DNA from: Candidatus Eiseniibacteriota bacterium
GTDB taxonomy: Bacteria; Eisenbacteria; RBG-16-71-46; SZUA-252
Length of the DNA stretch: 64,000 nucleotides
Direction of reading: 5' to 3'
NCBI GenBank assembly: GCA_963703225.1
Contig: OY969801.1
Location: forward strand, 2,784,001-2,848,000
Shown here: piece after piece, positions 41,348 through 50,549 of the stretch
Layout of the letters: the number at the start of each line of letters is the position of its first letter
Position numbering within the stretch: position 1 is the stretch's first letter
Translations under genes and position numbers: made by a program
Notes under the pieces: generated by a model
Databases searched by the model: none
Told to the model about the DNA's origin: nothing
What the model saw: only the letters and a program-made list of their open reading frames with translations

Positions 41348-41631
41348 AGCAACGTCCTACTTTGCAGACACTACCGGCGCATGCCTTGGTGCATCTATCG
41401 CCTCGCGCGAAGCCAGCGATCCATCGCAGAAGGAGGGCGCCCATAGGGGCACGGCGCTCCAAGAGTATAGGCCTTAGTCAGGGCCAACGCGTGGGCCGAA
41501 GAGTGGCCTCAGGGGCCCTCAGCACCGTGCGTCGGATGTGCGAGGACCCCGGCGACACACGCATCCCGGGAAGTAGACGCCTGAGGACGCGCGCTGCCCA
41601 TCGCCGAGGTTGCCATCCCAGGTGACTCTCC

Positions 41632-41883
41632 CAGAGAGCCAGAGAAGAAGAGAGCCATTCTGCTCGACTGTGATACATCGTCTGCTCACGGTGGGCGAGC
41701 CTAGGCGAAATGCGGGTGAATCTCCGACACATGTCGGAAAGATCCAGTCTCCACAACATCGCACGTGTTCGCCAGATGTGCGAAGGCCCCGGCGACACAT
41801 GCCGCCGGGGCCGAACCACCAGGAACCTGCGCTCTCCGCAGGCTCTCCACCTTGCGCTCCCCAAACGTAACCCTTCGCGAACT
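41632..41883 (-). repeat. ~250-bp dispersed structured element, copy 1
   Basis: Collinear conserved blocks with 52248-52495, including identical GCTCCCCAAACGTAACCCTTCGCGAACT. Confidence 0.7.
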
Positions 41884-41934
41884 AAGTGCCAGACTCGGCC
41901 CTCCCCATCGAACCTGGACTCAGTCTCGATTACT

Positions 41935-42976
41935 TCACTTCGGGAACGTCGCAGCGACATCGACGATGCGAACCGCCGTGTCGGTTTGATACTCTCCTCC
42001 CGCGAAGTACAACCGCTCACCGCCTGGGCTCCAAATCAGGTTGCTCATGTAGCCATAGGTGGCAATCTTCTTCTCGCGCCCGCGGGCAAGGTCTCTTATG
42101 AAGAGCTCCTCGCTAGGCCCATCCAGGAATCCTAGGCCTTTGGTATACACAACGTAGGCGAGGTATCGCCCATCTGGCGACACGCGTACCCTCGCGATGG
42201 ATACCATCGCCCCCTGTTTCTCCTTGCGCTTGACCACCACTTCCTCTTCGCCCACGTCTCGCAGCCGAAGGATCATGTTTATCCTGGGACTTTCGCCCCG
42301 AAAGTACAGGCAACGCACCACGCCACCCTCGAACACGGCGGCAACATCCTTCGAGAGTAGATCCCAGACGCGGCCTCGGAACTCAACGCTGGTGAGGGGC
42401 GGACAATCCGAGCATTCGCCCGGGGCATTGGGATTGGCGAGGATCTGCAATCCGGGGACCGAACGATCCATGGCCACGTAAACGCCGTAGTAGTAGGGCT
42501 GGAGGTAGAAATAGTTCCCTCTCCAGCCGGGGGGGCGAAGTCTATGTTTGATCAACTCAAGACCTGCCCGCCCCTTCCACTCCTTGTCTGAGGATGAAAA
42601 GCCGAGAGGATCCGGCGGAAGGGACTCGATCGCGTGGCGAATGATCTCGCCGGTGTTGAGATCCATCGTCGCAACACGAATCGGGTACTCGTACGGCGAG
42701 AGCTCCTCAAAGACTCGCGCCTTGGGCAAGACCCATTCGGTGAAGGCGAGCCAATGCTCGTCCGGCGACACGCTGATCGAGAACTCCAGGATCGCAACTT
42801 GCTCCGTGCCGGTTATGGGTTGGACAACACCGCTCCCTGAGGAACCCGAGCATCCTGTGCAGCAGAGGAGCAGCGCCACGGTGGCTACGGGTAGCCAACC
42901 TGTACGGTGCGAGCACCCAGGCGCAACCGTACTACCCCACCGAACGAGTCCCGCCCCAGCAGCCTTCACAGAATGA
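41935..42976 (-). CDS. Putative lipoprotein with TolB/WD40-like repeats (start uncertain)
   Basis: LLLCCTGCSGS lipobox-like segment; SPDEHWLAF, SPDGRYLAY, WSPGGERLYF. Confidence 0.6.
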
Positions 42977-43004
42977 GGCTCCAGCGCGCCCCCCCAAGGG
43001 ACCC

Positions 43005-46000
43005 TCACTTGAGGAGCAGCATCTTCTTCGTCGATTGGAAGCGCCCTGCCGAAACGCGATAGAAGTACACCCCGCTCGAAGCCCTCGTCCCGGTATCGGT
43101 CTTCCCGTCCCATACCGCGCGGTAACTCCCGACGCCTCGTGGCTCATTGACCAGTGTCCTGACGAGCCGGCCCCGCACGTCGTAAATCGCGAGTAGGACG
43201 TGGCCATTCTCGGCGACCGAGAAGGCAATCGTCGTCGTCGGGTTGAAGGGGTTCGGGTAGTTCTGCCCGAGCGCATTCCGTACTACCGGCGGGCTCCCCA
43301 GCACAGAAGTGGGAACTGCGTCACCCCAGTAGAGAATCTGCACTCTTGGCTGGCCGCTGAGCAGAAGGTCAGCAACGGCCACGCGCGTGTCATCGAGAAC
43401 GGTGACCCCGGTGGGATGGTAGAATTTCCCATCGTTCGTAAGGGCCTTCTTTCGCATTGAGCGGAACGTGCCGTCGCTGGCGAACCTCTGGATCCTGTGA
43501 TTGCCGTAGTCGGTGACATAGACGTCGCCGTCGGGTCCCAGGGCAACGTCCGAGATTCCCCGGAACTGACCCGCTCCGAAACCGAAACTCCCCCAGCGAC
43601 GCTCGAGCACGTACCCACCAACGTGCGGCACACCCTTCAAGATTTCGTTCCTCACGGCGACGAAGATCGCGCTGTCCGGAGCAACCGCCACGGACAACGA
43701 CTCCGCGCTCACCACACCCGCGGCAAGCGTGAGGTCCCAGCTGGTGAGCAGGGTCGCGATCGGAGCCGCTTGGTCGAACTTCCGGATGAACACATGCTGC
43801 GTCCCTGGGTCGTAGTCCGATCCATAGAGACTTCCGTCCCGGTCGACCGCGATGCCGGTCACGAGAGAATAGGGAGTGGTTGAGACCGATGCCAGCGGTG
43901 AGAGCTCGCCAAGCGATCCAGGTCCAAACCTCAGAATCGCCTCGTCTGCCGGCGGACCGATGACGTACGCCACTCTTGACGAGTCCACAGCAAACTCCTC
44001 AAGATCGGCCGGACTGTGAGCGGGGTATCCGATCGCACCAGGGGCGCACGCGTCGGTGCGGCGCTCGACGTGCCCAAAAGTGTCGAACTTGTCGAACATG
44101 TACACATCGCCGCTCCCATCGGTGCTGAGGTCGGCCACTCCGAAGGCACCCACATTGAAGACGCAGGTACGAACACCTCCAAAGCAATTCAACGGCACTT
44201 GAATCGTGGTGTAGTCCTCTGAGGTCGCTCCGGCCGGGTCGGTTACGCGAAGCCCGATGAGGCGCTCGTCGGCGATGAAGGGCGGCGTATAGTACACGGA
44301 CGCCCCGGACATATCGCCGAACTGGCCGTCACCGTTGAGGTCCCAGGTGTAGGTCAAAGGACCGCCGTCGAAGTCGATGGAACCCGACGCGCTGAGATGC
44401 ACAGCCTCTCCATTGCAGATCTGATACGGACCCCCAGCATTCGCGTGCGGCGAGTTGTTGATCAGAGGTGCGCTGCCCACCTCCACCGTGACGACCTGCG
44501 AGAGCGTCCCGTTCTGAACGGTCACGGTCGTCATGCCCGCACCGGACCCGCGCAGGACCCCGTCTTGGCTGACGGAGACGATTCCCGTATTGAATCCGGT
44601 GTAGGTCGTGCCGAATGCGCTCGTCGCGATGTCTCGTTGCACGCCGTCACTGTAGTCTCCAACCACGCGCAGCTCGAGTAGACCACCAACCCCAGAAAGG
44701 CTGACCGACGCAGGAGTTACCTCGATGCCATTGGGCACGGAAGGTCCCCCTACTGTCATTGTCACTGGTTCCGAGCGCCCCATCGTCCCATCCGCCATGA
44801 GAGCGAGAGCCATGAGCTCAAAGGGACCTTGGTATGCCTTGTCCGTGTGCACATACGCCGTCAGCGTACTGTCGAGGAATACCGCGCCACCCGGATAGGT
44901 CACGATTGCCTTTTCGACGTCACTGAATGCCTGGACTGCAACTAGGATGCTGTCGCCCGAAAGAACGCCTCCGCCCACGGGCTCTGTGAAACGGAGCGTC
45001 ACGCCGGCGAAGCCCGATATCTCGTCCCCGACGGCCTCGGCGAGTCCCTTCGCCTCCTCCGAGACGCCGGGTGAACGCGCAAAGCTAGCCCCGCCGGGCA
45101 ACGAAGACGCGAAGAACGCCGCGTCCTCCACAGGGCGCCTCGCCCAATCACGCGCCACATTTCCCGCGATGTTGCTGGACAGGGGCGCACCGTGGAGTCC
45201 CTCCTTGAGACGTGCCTTGACGTAGTGACTCGGATTACTCAGCCCACCAACTTGGCTGTCTAGCGGTACAGCCACGTCATGCTCATTTGGTGGCAATAGC
45301 GCATTCAACTCTGGAAGGCTCGTAAACGTCGCCACAAGTTGAATGAACGCGGACACCCCGTCCGCCGTGGCGGACGCAAGGAGTTGCGCCGAAGACCACA
45401 GATCGCTGCCTCCGACGCCAACGTGGCTGTGCGTTGGCGCGGTGAACTGCTGCAGGCCAGTTACCGCGGCACTTCCCGGCCTCATGTCATCGATCGCGCC
45501 CCCGGTGACAGTGCTGAGATCGCTGTGCATCGCCTTTGCGAATCTTTCAAGGAGCCAGCGTGCTGTCTGTCGCAAAGGAGGTTGCACCGTCGCGTCGTTC
45601 ATGACGTCTCGAAGTTTCACGGCAATGTCGGCGAAAAAACTGCCCTGGTGTGGAACGTCAAGAAACATTGCCTTGTGGTAGTACCCGCGGCCCATATTGA
45701 TTGGGTTCCGAAACGTGAAGGGATCCTGTGGTCCCGCATCCGCGAGACGGCGAAGGACGAGGCCACCCATCGAGTGACTGATGATGTCAACTTGGGCCGA
45801 CGCGATGCGCCGCGCGCGAGCGCTGGCCGTTGCGGACGCAAGCTCCTGGCCCAGCACTCGCGCGTTGGTGGCCAACGGCTTGCCACTAGTCTCACTGTAA
45901 TCCACAACAATGTGCTTGTCGGCACCCCAAAGAGCAGTGTCAGCAGGGGCGCGAATGCTCTTGAAGTTGTTCCAGGCCCCGGAATTACCGAGGAACCCAT

Positions 46001-48029
46001 GGAGGAAGACTACCGTCGGCCGCTCGATAGTCAGATCACAGAATGTATCCACGGAGTCCGCGCCGATATCGGGCGTGAACTTGGCCGTGAGCCGCAACGG
46101 GCGCTCCCCCATCAATGTGTCGGCCGGAACTGACGATCGCTCAAAATCGATGGGTGCTGTGTAGACCGCAAAGGCAATGTACTCTCCGCCGACGCTCTCC
46201 ACCGAGGTATCTACCACAAGTCCGGTCATCGCACTATCCAGAGTGGAAAGGCTGCCAAGATTCTCTGTGACGCCGACATGTTGTGGGTCACTCAACTTCC
46301 ATCGGACGGTCCCGGATTCCGGCAGGTGTAGACGCAGCAGCAGCGGGCTAACGCCGTCAGCGGCTACGCCCTTCATCCTTTTCCGGTTGTCCTGAGGACC
46401 ATCCGGGCACGCGGCAAGCAAATCCAGGTCGCTCGTCTTGAGTCGGAAGGTCGATGGATCGACCCATGGCGTCTCAAGAATATTCATCGCTTCAATGCCA
46501 TCCCCGAAGACCTCAACGCGATTGGGCCCGAAGGGGGCCACATACATGAACTGTCCGGCTGCGTTGTGCATGAAATCGAGCCCAGAGGAAAACTGCTCAC
46601 CAGGTAGCCCGATTTGTATCGATGAGATGTACACACCCGATCGATCGTACTTGCGGACGAAATGTCCCAAGGCAGTCCAATCCAAGACGCAGATGAAGCC
46701 GTCCTTATCGATCGCAAGGCTGTTGGCGATGCTCAGTTCGCCCGGCACCGGGACTCCTTCGTGGCCCCAGTGCGCGCCGCACCCGACACCCGGATCGTAG
46801 CGATGCACTTCGCTGATGTACCAACCGTGGTCGAGCATGTATACGCTCCCGGTCGAGTCGACGGCCATATCCTCGACCCCGAAGCTCTGCATCATCTTGC
46901 AGCTCGTGTCCCGGTTCAGCACGCGACCCGTGAAGTGGCCACTGAGATCAACCTCTTGAAGACGATCCACGAAGACGTCGTTATGATAGTTCGACTCGTG
47001 GACCCACGCGAACCCGTTCCTAGGGTCGATTGCGACGGCGCCCGGGGCGCCGGCAAAATTCCCTGGCTCGGTGGACACTGAATCTCCCTTGATATCAAAG
47101 TCGAAGTTCCCCGAGGGGTCGTAGACCGCAACGGAGTACGTGCCGCTAATGTAGAGCCGATTGTTCTTTGGGTTCCACGCGAGCCACCTTGGCTGGTAGA
47201 AGGCACCGGGTTCGGGAGGGGTTATGCCCGGACTGCCCCAGCACATCTCGCCGCTCCCGTTGAGCGAGTAGCGACAGATCTGATTGTGGATTGGATCGGC
47301 TACATACACAAAGCCATTCGTTCCGATTGCGATGCTCGATCCATCCCCCGGGATATCCCAGCCGAAGAGCGGAACTCCCGTCGAGTCGAAGCAACTGGCA
47401 GCCGCCGTGAGCGGGGAAGGGATATTTGGGCCGCCCCTGGCGCTCCCTGGCGACCCACACCCGGCGATTCCGTACCAGTCCAGCCCAAGCTTGTATGTGT
47501 TGTCGCCGTCGGCAGCAAGACACTGGGTCCCAAACGACGTCCCGAAGTGCGGGTCGAGGGTGGACATGGAGGCTGGCTCCAGTGTCGGGGAACCGCCCTC
47601 CACCGTTACCGAAAGGCTCCCGAGATGATACAAGCCCGGATCAAGGGCTTTTGCCCCGCCGAATCCCGCGTAGAAGTCCGTCTCACTGGAACCCGAGCCG
47701 AACGAGACGTTCATCGTCGATCGCAGGTTCGTGTACTTGCCAAATGACACTGTCCCCCCGCTGGCGTGAAGGATGAACTCATAGGAGACAATGGACAGGG
47801 CCTCCGAGCCAGTCGTGCAATAGGCCACCGAACTGTCTGCATTGCGGGAGGTGTCCAAGTAGACCGTAACGGTCGTTGGCTCCCCGGCGGGATTGAGGAC
47901 ATCCTCGCGGGTGCTGACCCCGTCCCCGTTTGCATCAAGATACATGTACTGAGCCCAGGCGCGAAGTGATGGCACCGTGAGAGCGAACGCCGAGGCAAGA
48001 GCTACGAGTAGCCGGGTATGGGTCTTCAT
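43005..48029 (-). CDS. Large secreted mosaic protein: NHL repeats, alpha/beta-hydrolase (PGAP1/lipase-like), Ig-like, PKD, NHL, FlgD-Ig
   Basis: VFLHGF, SHSMGG, PHQGS, HDVAVP; ANAGGPY/YTWDLNGDG; YVTDYGNHRIQRF; QNYPNPFNP. Confidence 0.85.
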   Translation of the reverse strand: MKTHTRLLVALASAFALTVPSLRAWAQYMYLDANGDGVSTREDVLNPAGEPTTVTVYLDTSRNADSSVAYCTTGSEALSIVSYEFILHASGGTVSFGKYTNLRSTMNVSFGSGSSETDFYAGFGGAKALDPGLYHLGSLSVTVEGGSPTLEPASMSTLDPHFGTSFGTQCLAADGDNTYKLGLDWYGIAGCGSPGSARGGPNIPSPLTAAASCFDSTGVPLFGWDIPGDGSSIAIGTNGFVYVADPIHNQICRYSLNGSGEMCWGSPGITPPEPGAFYQPRWLAWNPKNNRLYISGTYSVAVYDPSGNFDFDIKGDSVSTEPGNFAGAPGAVAIDPRNGFAWVHESNYHNDVFVDRLQEVDLSGHFTGRVLNRDTSCKMMQSFGVEDMAVDSTGSVYMLDHGWYISEVHRYDPGVGCGAHWGHEGVPVPGELSIANSLAIDKDGFICVLDWTALGHFVRKYDRSGVYISSIQIGLPGEQFSSGLDFMHNAAGQFMYVAPFGPNRVEVFGDGIEAMNILETPWVDPSTFRLKTSDLDLLAACPDGPQDNRKRMKGVAADGVSPLLLRLHLPESGTVRWKLSDPQHVGVTENLGSLSTLDSAMTGLVVDTSVESVGGEYIAFAVYTAPIDFERSSVPADTLMGERPLRLTAKFTPDIGADSVDTFCDLTIERPTVVFLHGFLGNSGAWNNFKSIRAPADTALWGADKHIVVDYSETSGKPLATNARVLGQELASATASARARRIASAQVDIISHSMGGLVLRRLADAGPQDPFTFRNPINMGRGYYHKAMFLDVPHQGSFFADIAVKLRDVMNDATVQPPLRQTARWLLERFAKAMHSDLSTVTGGAIDDMRPGSAAVTGLQQFTAPTHSHVGVGGSDLWSSAQLLASATADGVSAFIQLVATFTSLPELNALLPPNEHDVAVPLDSQVGGLSNPSHYVKARLKEGLHGAPLSSNIAGNVARDWARRPVEDAAFFASSLPGGASFARSPGVSEEAKGLAEAVGDEISGFAGVTLRFTEPVGGGVLSGDSILVAVQAFSDVEKAIVTYPGGAVFLDSTLTAYVHTDKAYQGPFELMALALMADGTMGRSEPVTMTVGGPSVPNGIEVTPASVSLSGVGGLLELRVVGDYSDGVQRDIATSAFGTTYTGFNTGIVSVSQDGVLRGSGAGMTTVTVQNGTLSQVVTVEVGSAPLINNSPHANAGGPYQICNGEAVHLSASGSIDFDGGPLTYTWDLNGDGQFGDMSGASVYYTPPFIADERLIGLRVTDPAGATSEDYTTIQVPLNCFGGVRTCVFNVGAFGVADLSTDGSGDVYMFDKFDTFGHVERRTDACAPGAIGYPAHSPADLEEFAVDSSRVAYVIGPPADEAILRFGPGSLGELSPLASVSTTPYSLVTGIAVDRDGSLYGSDYDPGTQHVFIRKFDQAAPIATLLTSWDLTLAAGVVSAESLSVAVAPDSAIFVAVRNEILKGVPHVGGYVLERRWGSFGFGAGQFRGISDVALGPDGDVYVTDYGNHRIQRFASDGTFRSMRKKALTNDGKFYHPTGVTVLDDTRVAVADLLLSGQPRVQILYWGDAVPTSVLGSPPVVRNALGQNYPNPFNPTTTIAFSVAENGHVLLAIYDVRGRLVRTLVNEPRGVGSYRAVWDGKTDTGTRASSGVYFYRVSAGRFQSTKKMLLLK

Positions 48030-48206
48030 CGCACGTCCCTCCATGCTCTGCCTGTTACTAGTCTGGGCCGAACGGCACCAACTGCACGGCCACGAGGATC
48101 ACCGATGCGTGGAAGTAGGAGTTGGTTGCCGCTTACCGTCCGGCACGGGCGAGCGCTCCGCGGTTTCAGGGGGGCTGTTCGTGGTCTTAAATCCCGCCAT
48201 GGATTG

Positions 48207-48506
48207 CTATCCTTGCACTGACGCTTGTTTCTGCGCTTCTGCTGCTTTCCATTTTTGATCGGCGGCCAGACCCAGCGATCCTAGGACCGCTCCCAGAACT
48301 AGCTGCAACGCATCCTTCGAGAAGGTGGCCAGGTCGGTGGCAAATGGAGGAACCTGGGGCGCCCAGATTTGCACTGCCACTGCGATGAGCATTAGCAGCA
48401 CGAACATCAGAAACAAGAAGAAGTATGCTCGTATGACCCAAGGCATTTCGCGAACGCCGAGTCGAAGTACTACTCCCTGGTGCTTTCTTGCCGTCTCATT
48501 GCTCAT
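48207..48506 (-). CDS. Small two-TM membrane protein
   Basis: GGAGG RBS, two hydrophobic helices. Confidence 0.5.
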   Translation of the reverse strand: MSNETARKHQGVVLRLGVREMPWVIRAYFFLFLMFVLLMLIAVAVQIWAPQVPPFATDLATFSKDALQLVLGAVLGSLGLAADQKWKAAEAQKQASVQG

Positions 48507-48844
48507 TTCCCCTCCAATGGACCTGCCCCTAGTCCTTCCCCCTCGCAGGCATCCTGCCACACGGGCGTCTTCGGATCGTCTGTTGAGGCGTCTCTCGGGG
48601 CCTCGACATGCGTCTTTCCTCCAAAGGACGACAAGTGGACAGTTGCGCGCGCAATGGAGGACAAGCTCGCGCACTTGGCGCGCCAAGCGGCATTTCAGCG
48701 GCATGTTTTGGGCCCAAAATCGCGCTTCTCATGGAAGGGCGCGACTCACGCACTGCCCCTAGCTGTTAGCACTGCGCGCATTTGCGCCGAGCTGTGACGA
48801 GATCCCCATGCGGCATACCCGTCTCCAGGGTCGCAAAACATGCC

Positions 48845-49149
48845 GCATGAATGCACCGAGAGGGCCCAAGACCCTCCCATTTCTGCACCGAAGTGCCCCA
48901 AACTGGGACCATTTCCGCACCCAAACGGCCCAAGGGCCTACCATTTCTGCACCGGCGCCCGTGGCCCCACGTTGGCACCCAATCGGCGCGACTTCGCAAA
49001 TACCCCGTGCCCGCCCGCGACGAGGTCTATACTTGTTAGGCAGTCCGCCCTCGCGCGAGGGTCTCCCCCCACACCTTACGCGGGGGTCTTTTCATGCCGC
49101 CTTCGACCGCACCCACGTGGCCCAAGGGCCTACCATTTCTGCACCGGCG
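48845..49149 (+). repeat. 32-bp-period iteron-like array
   Basis: CCATTTC(T/C)GCACC at 48877, 48909, 48941 and 49133, degenerate at 48845 and 49101; identical 31-mer at 48927-48957 and 49119-49149. Confidence 0.75.
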
Positions 49150-49296
49150 GGAAGTTGGCCGAAGGGCGCGAGATCTACGCCCTTGGGCGCCCTGTCGCGC
49201 CCACGGCGCGCCGTGTGATTCGGTTCCCGTTCTCCCGTATATAGGCGGCGAATCCGAACTCAATTCCACCATCTCCACCATTCCCCTTGATGTCCA

Positions 49297-49339
49297 CCAC
49301 ACGCGAGCGAACATGGAGCTACGGAGGCAGCCCATGTTC
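49297..49339 (+). repeat. Orphan copy of the recombinase 5' leader/start
   Basis: 23 bp identical to 58027-58049; 25/28 match to 49935-49962. Confidence 0.8.
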
Positions 49340-49426
49340 GCGGCACGTGCTCGCGGCTAGGAGCAAGAGCAGATCCTAGGGGATATAGTTCCATCCTCCG
49401 GATGAAGACGGGCAGGAGGTGAACCC

Positions 49427-49909
49427 ATGAGCACAACATGCCAAGTCCGCGGCGCGCGCTTCGGACACACGAGCGTCGTGGCCTCCGATTGGCGTCGACT
49501 CGCGAACTTCTACATCGGGCTATTCGGCTGCGAGATCGTGCCCCCGGAACGCGATTACGCGGGAGCCGACCTGGAGAGAGGAACGGGCGTGCCGGACGCA
49601 GCCCTGCGAGGCGTCCACCTTCGCCTACCCGGTCACGGCCCCGACGGACCGACGCTGGAGATCTACGAGTACCGTCGAGCCGAACCGCGCCTGCCGAGTG
49701 TGGCCAACCGCCTCGGATTCGCGCACATCGCATTTGCCGTCGCCGACGTCGCCGCCGCCCGCGAGGCGGTGCTCACAGCGGCCGGAAGGGCTCTTGGAGA
49801 GGTGGTGACACTCACGACCTCCGATGGCCGGCGAGTGACGTGGTGCTATGTCACCGATCCGGAAGACAACATCGTCGAGCTCCAATCGTGGAGCGAGGCA
49901 GCCCGATGA
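49427..49909 (+). CDS. VOC/glyoxalase-family protein
   Basis: FGHTSVV, FYIGLFG, LEIYEY, HIAFAVADV, DPEDNIVELQ. Confidence 0.9.
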   Translation: MSTTCQVRGARFGHTSVVASDWRRLANFYIGLFGCEIVPPERDYAGADLERGTGVPDAALRGVHLRLPGHGPDGPTLEIYEYRRAEPRLPSVANRLGFAHIAFAVADVAAAREAVLTAAGRALGEVVTLTTSDGRRVTWCYVTDPEDNIVELQSWSEAAR

Positions 49910-49956
49910 GGGGCGATGGCCCACCAAGAGGGAGCATGGAGGCACGGAGGTAGCCC

Positions 49957-50541
49957 ATGTTCATCCGCGTTCCTGATCCCCCGAAGACGCTCTCTGCCGA
50001 GGAGCAGGCTCGACTCCTCGAGGTGGTCACCCAGAGAGGCTGCCGGCGCGATCTCGCTCTGCTGACCCTGGCCCTCGGGACAGGTCTTCGCCTCCGCGAG
50101 CTCGTGGGCCTCAACGTGGGCGACGTGACGACGAAATCGGGCGAGGTGGTCTGGAAGGTCGACCTGCCGAAGAAGATAACGAAGGGGCGCGGCGGGGGCG
50201 TCGCGTTCCTGTCGGAGCGGGCCGGGGCGGCCCTAGGAGACTACCTGGCTGCGAAGCGGGTCATCGGAGAGCCGGTGGCTCGCGACGCCGCCCTCTTCAA
50301 GTCGAGCCAGACCGGCCGGCTCTCGCTTCGCAGCGTCCAGCGCATTTTCGTCCAGTGGCAGCGAAACGCCGGTTTCGAGACGATCTACAACTTCCACACG
50401 CTGCGCCACACTGCGATCACGAACGTCTATCGGGCCACGAAGGACCTTTTCCTCACCCAGCGGTTCGCCCGGCACGCCAATCCGATCACCACTGTCGCGC
50501 ACATCCACCCTCGGCCAAACAGATTTCCACCGAGCGTTTGA
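49957..50541 (+). CDS. Minimal tyrosine recombinase, copy A; catalytic Tyr position reads His and the tail is replaced
   Basis: RD..L..GLR..EL, TKG, HTLRH, RH; TTVAHIHP instead of TTVAYTHP. Confidence 0.85.
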   Translation: MFIRVPDPPKTLSAEEQARLLEVVTQRGCRRDLALLTLALGTGLRLRELVGLNVGDVTTKSGEVVWKVDLPKKITKGRGGGVAFLSERAGAALGDYLAAKRVIGEPVARDAALFKSSQTGRLSLRSVQRIFVQWQRNAGFETIYNFHTLRHTAITNVYRATKDLFLTQRFARHANPITTVAHIHPRPNRFPPSV

Positions 50542-50549
50542 AGCCTCAT

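Noticed and set aside
48845..49149. CRISPR array
   Set aside because: The 32-bp period is too short for repeat plus spacer, repeats are degenerate, and no cas genes are present in the window.
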